Position numbers and translations under genes: made by a program. Below, in pieces: positions 63,511 to 64,000 of a stretch of 64,000 nucleotides of DNA. The notes under the pieces are model-generated. The model searched no databases. It was given only the letters and a program-made list of their open reading frames with translations, and had not been told where the DNA came from. The first letter of the stretch is position 1, and every line of letters begins with the position of its first letter. The stretch spans positions 27,919 through 91,918 of the forward strand of contig JAIORE010000354.1 of NCBI GenBank assembly GCA_021108315.1, given 5' to 3'. This DNA comes from Candidatus Cloacimonadota bacterium (GTDB lineage Bacteria > Cloacimonadota > Cloacimonadia > Cloacimonadales > TCS61).

Positions 63511-64000
63511 GTTTTTTATAGGATTTATTTAATTTTTCATAGATTAAATCAAGACGATCATTGACATTTGTAATAACTGATGAATCTCCTGCCATCTCAC
63601 TTAAATAAAAATTCGTCTTTTTTTTAATAAGGTGTTTTTCTGAGTACAATCTTATAGCTTCAATAAAATACGAGCTATGTGTGGTTATTAATATTTTTAC
63701 ACTTAGTTCTTTTGCCATCAAAACCAATAATTCTGCATACTCAACCTGCCAAACAGGATGTAAATGTACTTCCGGTTCATCTATAATTAGAATTTCATTA
63801 CTTTTGAGAGCTCCAATTTTTAATATCAAATCAATTAATGCAAAAGCTCTTATTCCGGTTGCTGTATTATTCATTTTTATTGATTTATCATTTTTAGAGA
63901 AGATCAAACTATTTAAATCTTTATTATAGTTTATTTTCCCGCCAATATTTTTTGAGATTATATCTTCAAATCGTTTTATTTTATCATTATACAATATCTC
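63470..64000 (-). CDS. AAA/ABC-type (AAA_21-like) ATPase, C-terminal part (5' end outside window)
   Basis: The frame is open to the window edge; the TTG at 63994 is not a real start. Walker B/D-loop ILIIDEPEVHLHP and H-loop ILITTHSSYFIEA are present. The Walker A must lie beyond nt 64000. Confidence 0.7.
   Translation of the reverse strand, partial: EILYNDKIKRFEDIISKNIGGKINYNKDLNSLIFSKNDKSIKMNNTATGIRAFALIDLILKIGALKSNEILIIDEPEVHLHPVWQVEYAELLVLMAKELSVKILITTHSSYFIEAIRLYSEKHLIKKKTNFYLSEMAGDSSVITNVNDRLDLIYEKLNKSYKKLDGVLGEIFSKRV

Noticed and set aside
1-64000. rRNA, tRNA, tmRNA, RNase P, SRP RNA and riboswitch candidates
   Set aside because: Scanning the intergenic regions by eye found no T-loop/GTTCGAATC-type tRNA signatures or conserved cores of the common structured RNAs. 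The structured regions seen are repeat-family hairpins. A covariance-model scan would be needed to exclude them formally.

Overview
Visibly AT-rich bacterial DNA. Several secreted proteins carry T9SS-type C-terminal domains, which suggests an FCB-group or Cloacimonadota-like organism, but taxonomy cannot be proven from this window.

Layout:
(i) 1-3.3 kb: two housekeeping ABC-F ATPases (the 3' part of ettA and a Uup-like gene).
(ii) 3.5-8.8 kb: two tandem paralogous T9SS cargo proteins.
(iii) 9.4-13.6 kb: a tightly coupled Ser/Thr kinase plus a TPR-GAF sigma-54 enhancer-binding protein (EBP).
(iv) 14.2-37.7 kb: a minus-strand array of surface-protein cassettes. An IS1634-like element with a 5-bp target duplication splits a 118-aa 'mini' paralog. 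Two full cassettes follow. Each is built as three CCGAWWTCGG palindromes, a TGGCAY-N5-TTGCT sigma-54 promoter, a stand-alone pseudo-receiver with its acidic pocket changed to Asn/Gln, and a 2559- or 3681-aa beta-helix/Ig-rich protein. The two giant proteins carry different cysteine-peptidase heads.
(v) 37.8-39.6 kb: a coupled three-gene operon ending in a rhomboid/zinc-ribbon protease.
(vi) 40.8-47 kb: a CHAT/TPR protease, a DUF4384-like protein and a CHASE2 class III cyclase.
(vii) 47-62.6 kb: an AlbA_2/HATPase_c_4 regulator, a beta-helix protein, an IS200/RAYT-like Y1 transposase whose HUH motif reads H-I-Y and which is bracketed by ~230-bp direct hairpin modules, and a third giant protein of 3982 aa that contains an in-frame palindromic-element insertion.
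(viii) Right edge: a partial AAA/ABC-type ATPase overlapping a small PD-(D/E)xK-like gene.

Intergenic DNA holds at least five families of small palindromic or MITE-like repeats. I recognised no rRNA, tRNA or CRISPR array. The most interesting candidate system is the kinase/EBP-linked sigma-54 cassette array in (iii)-(iv).
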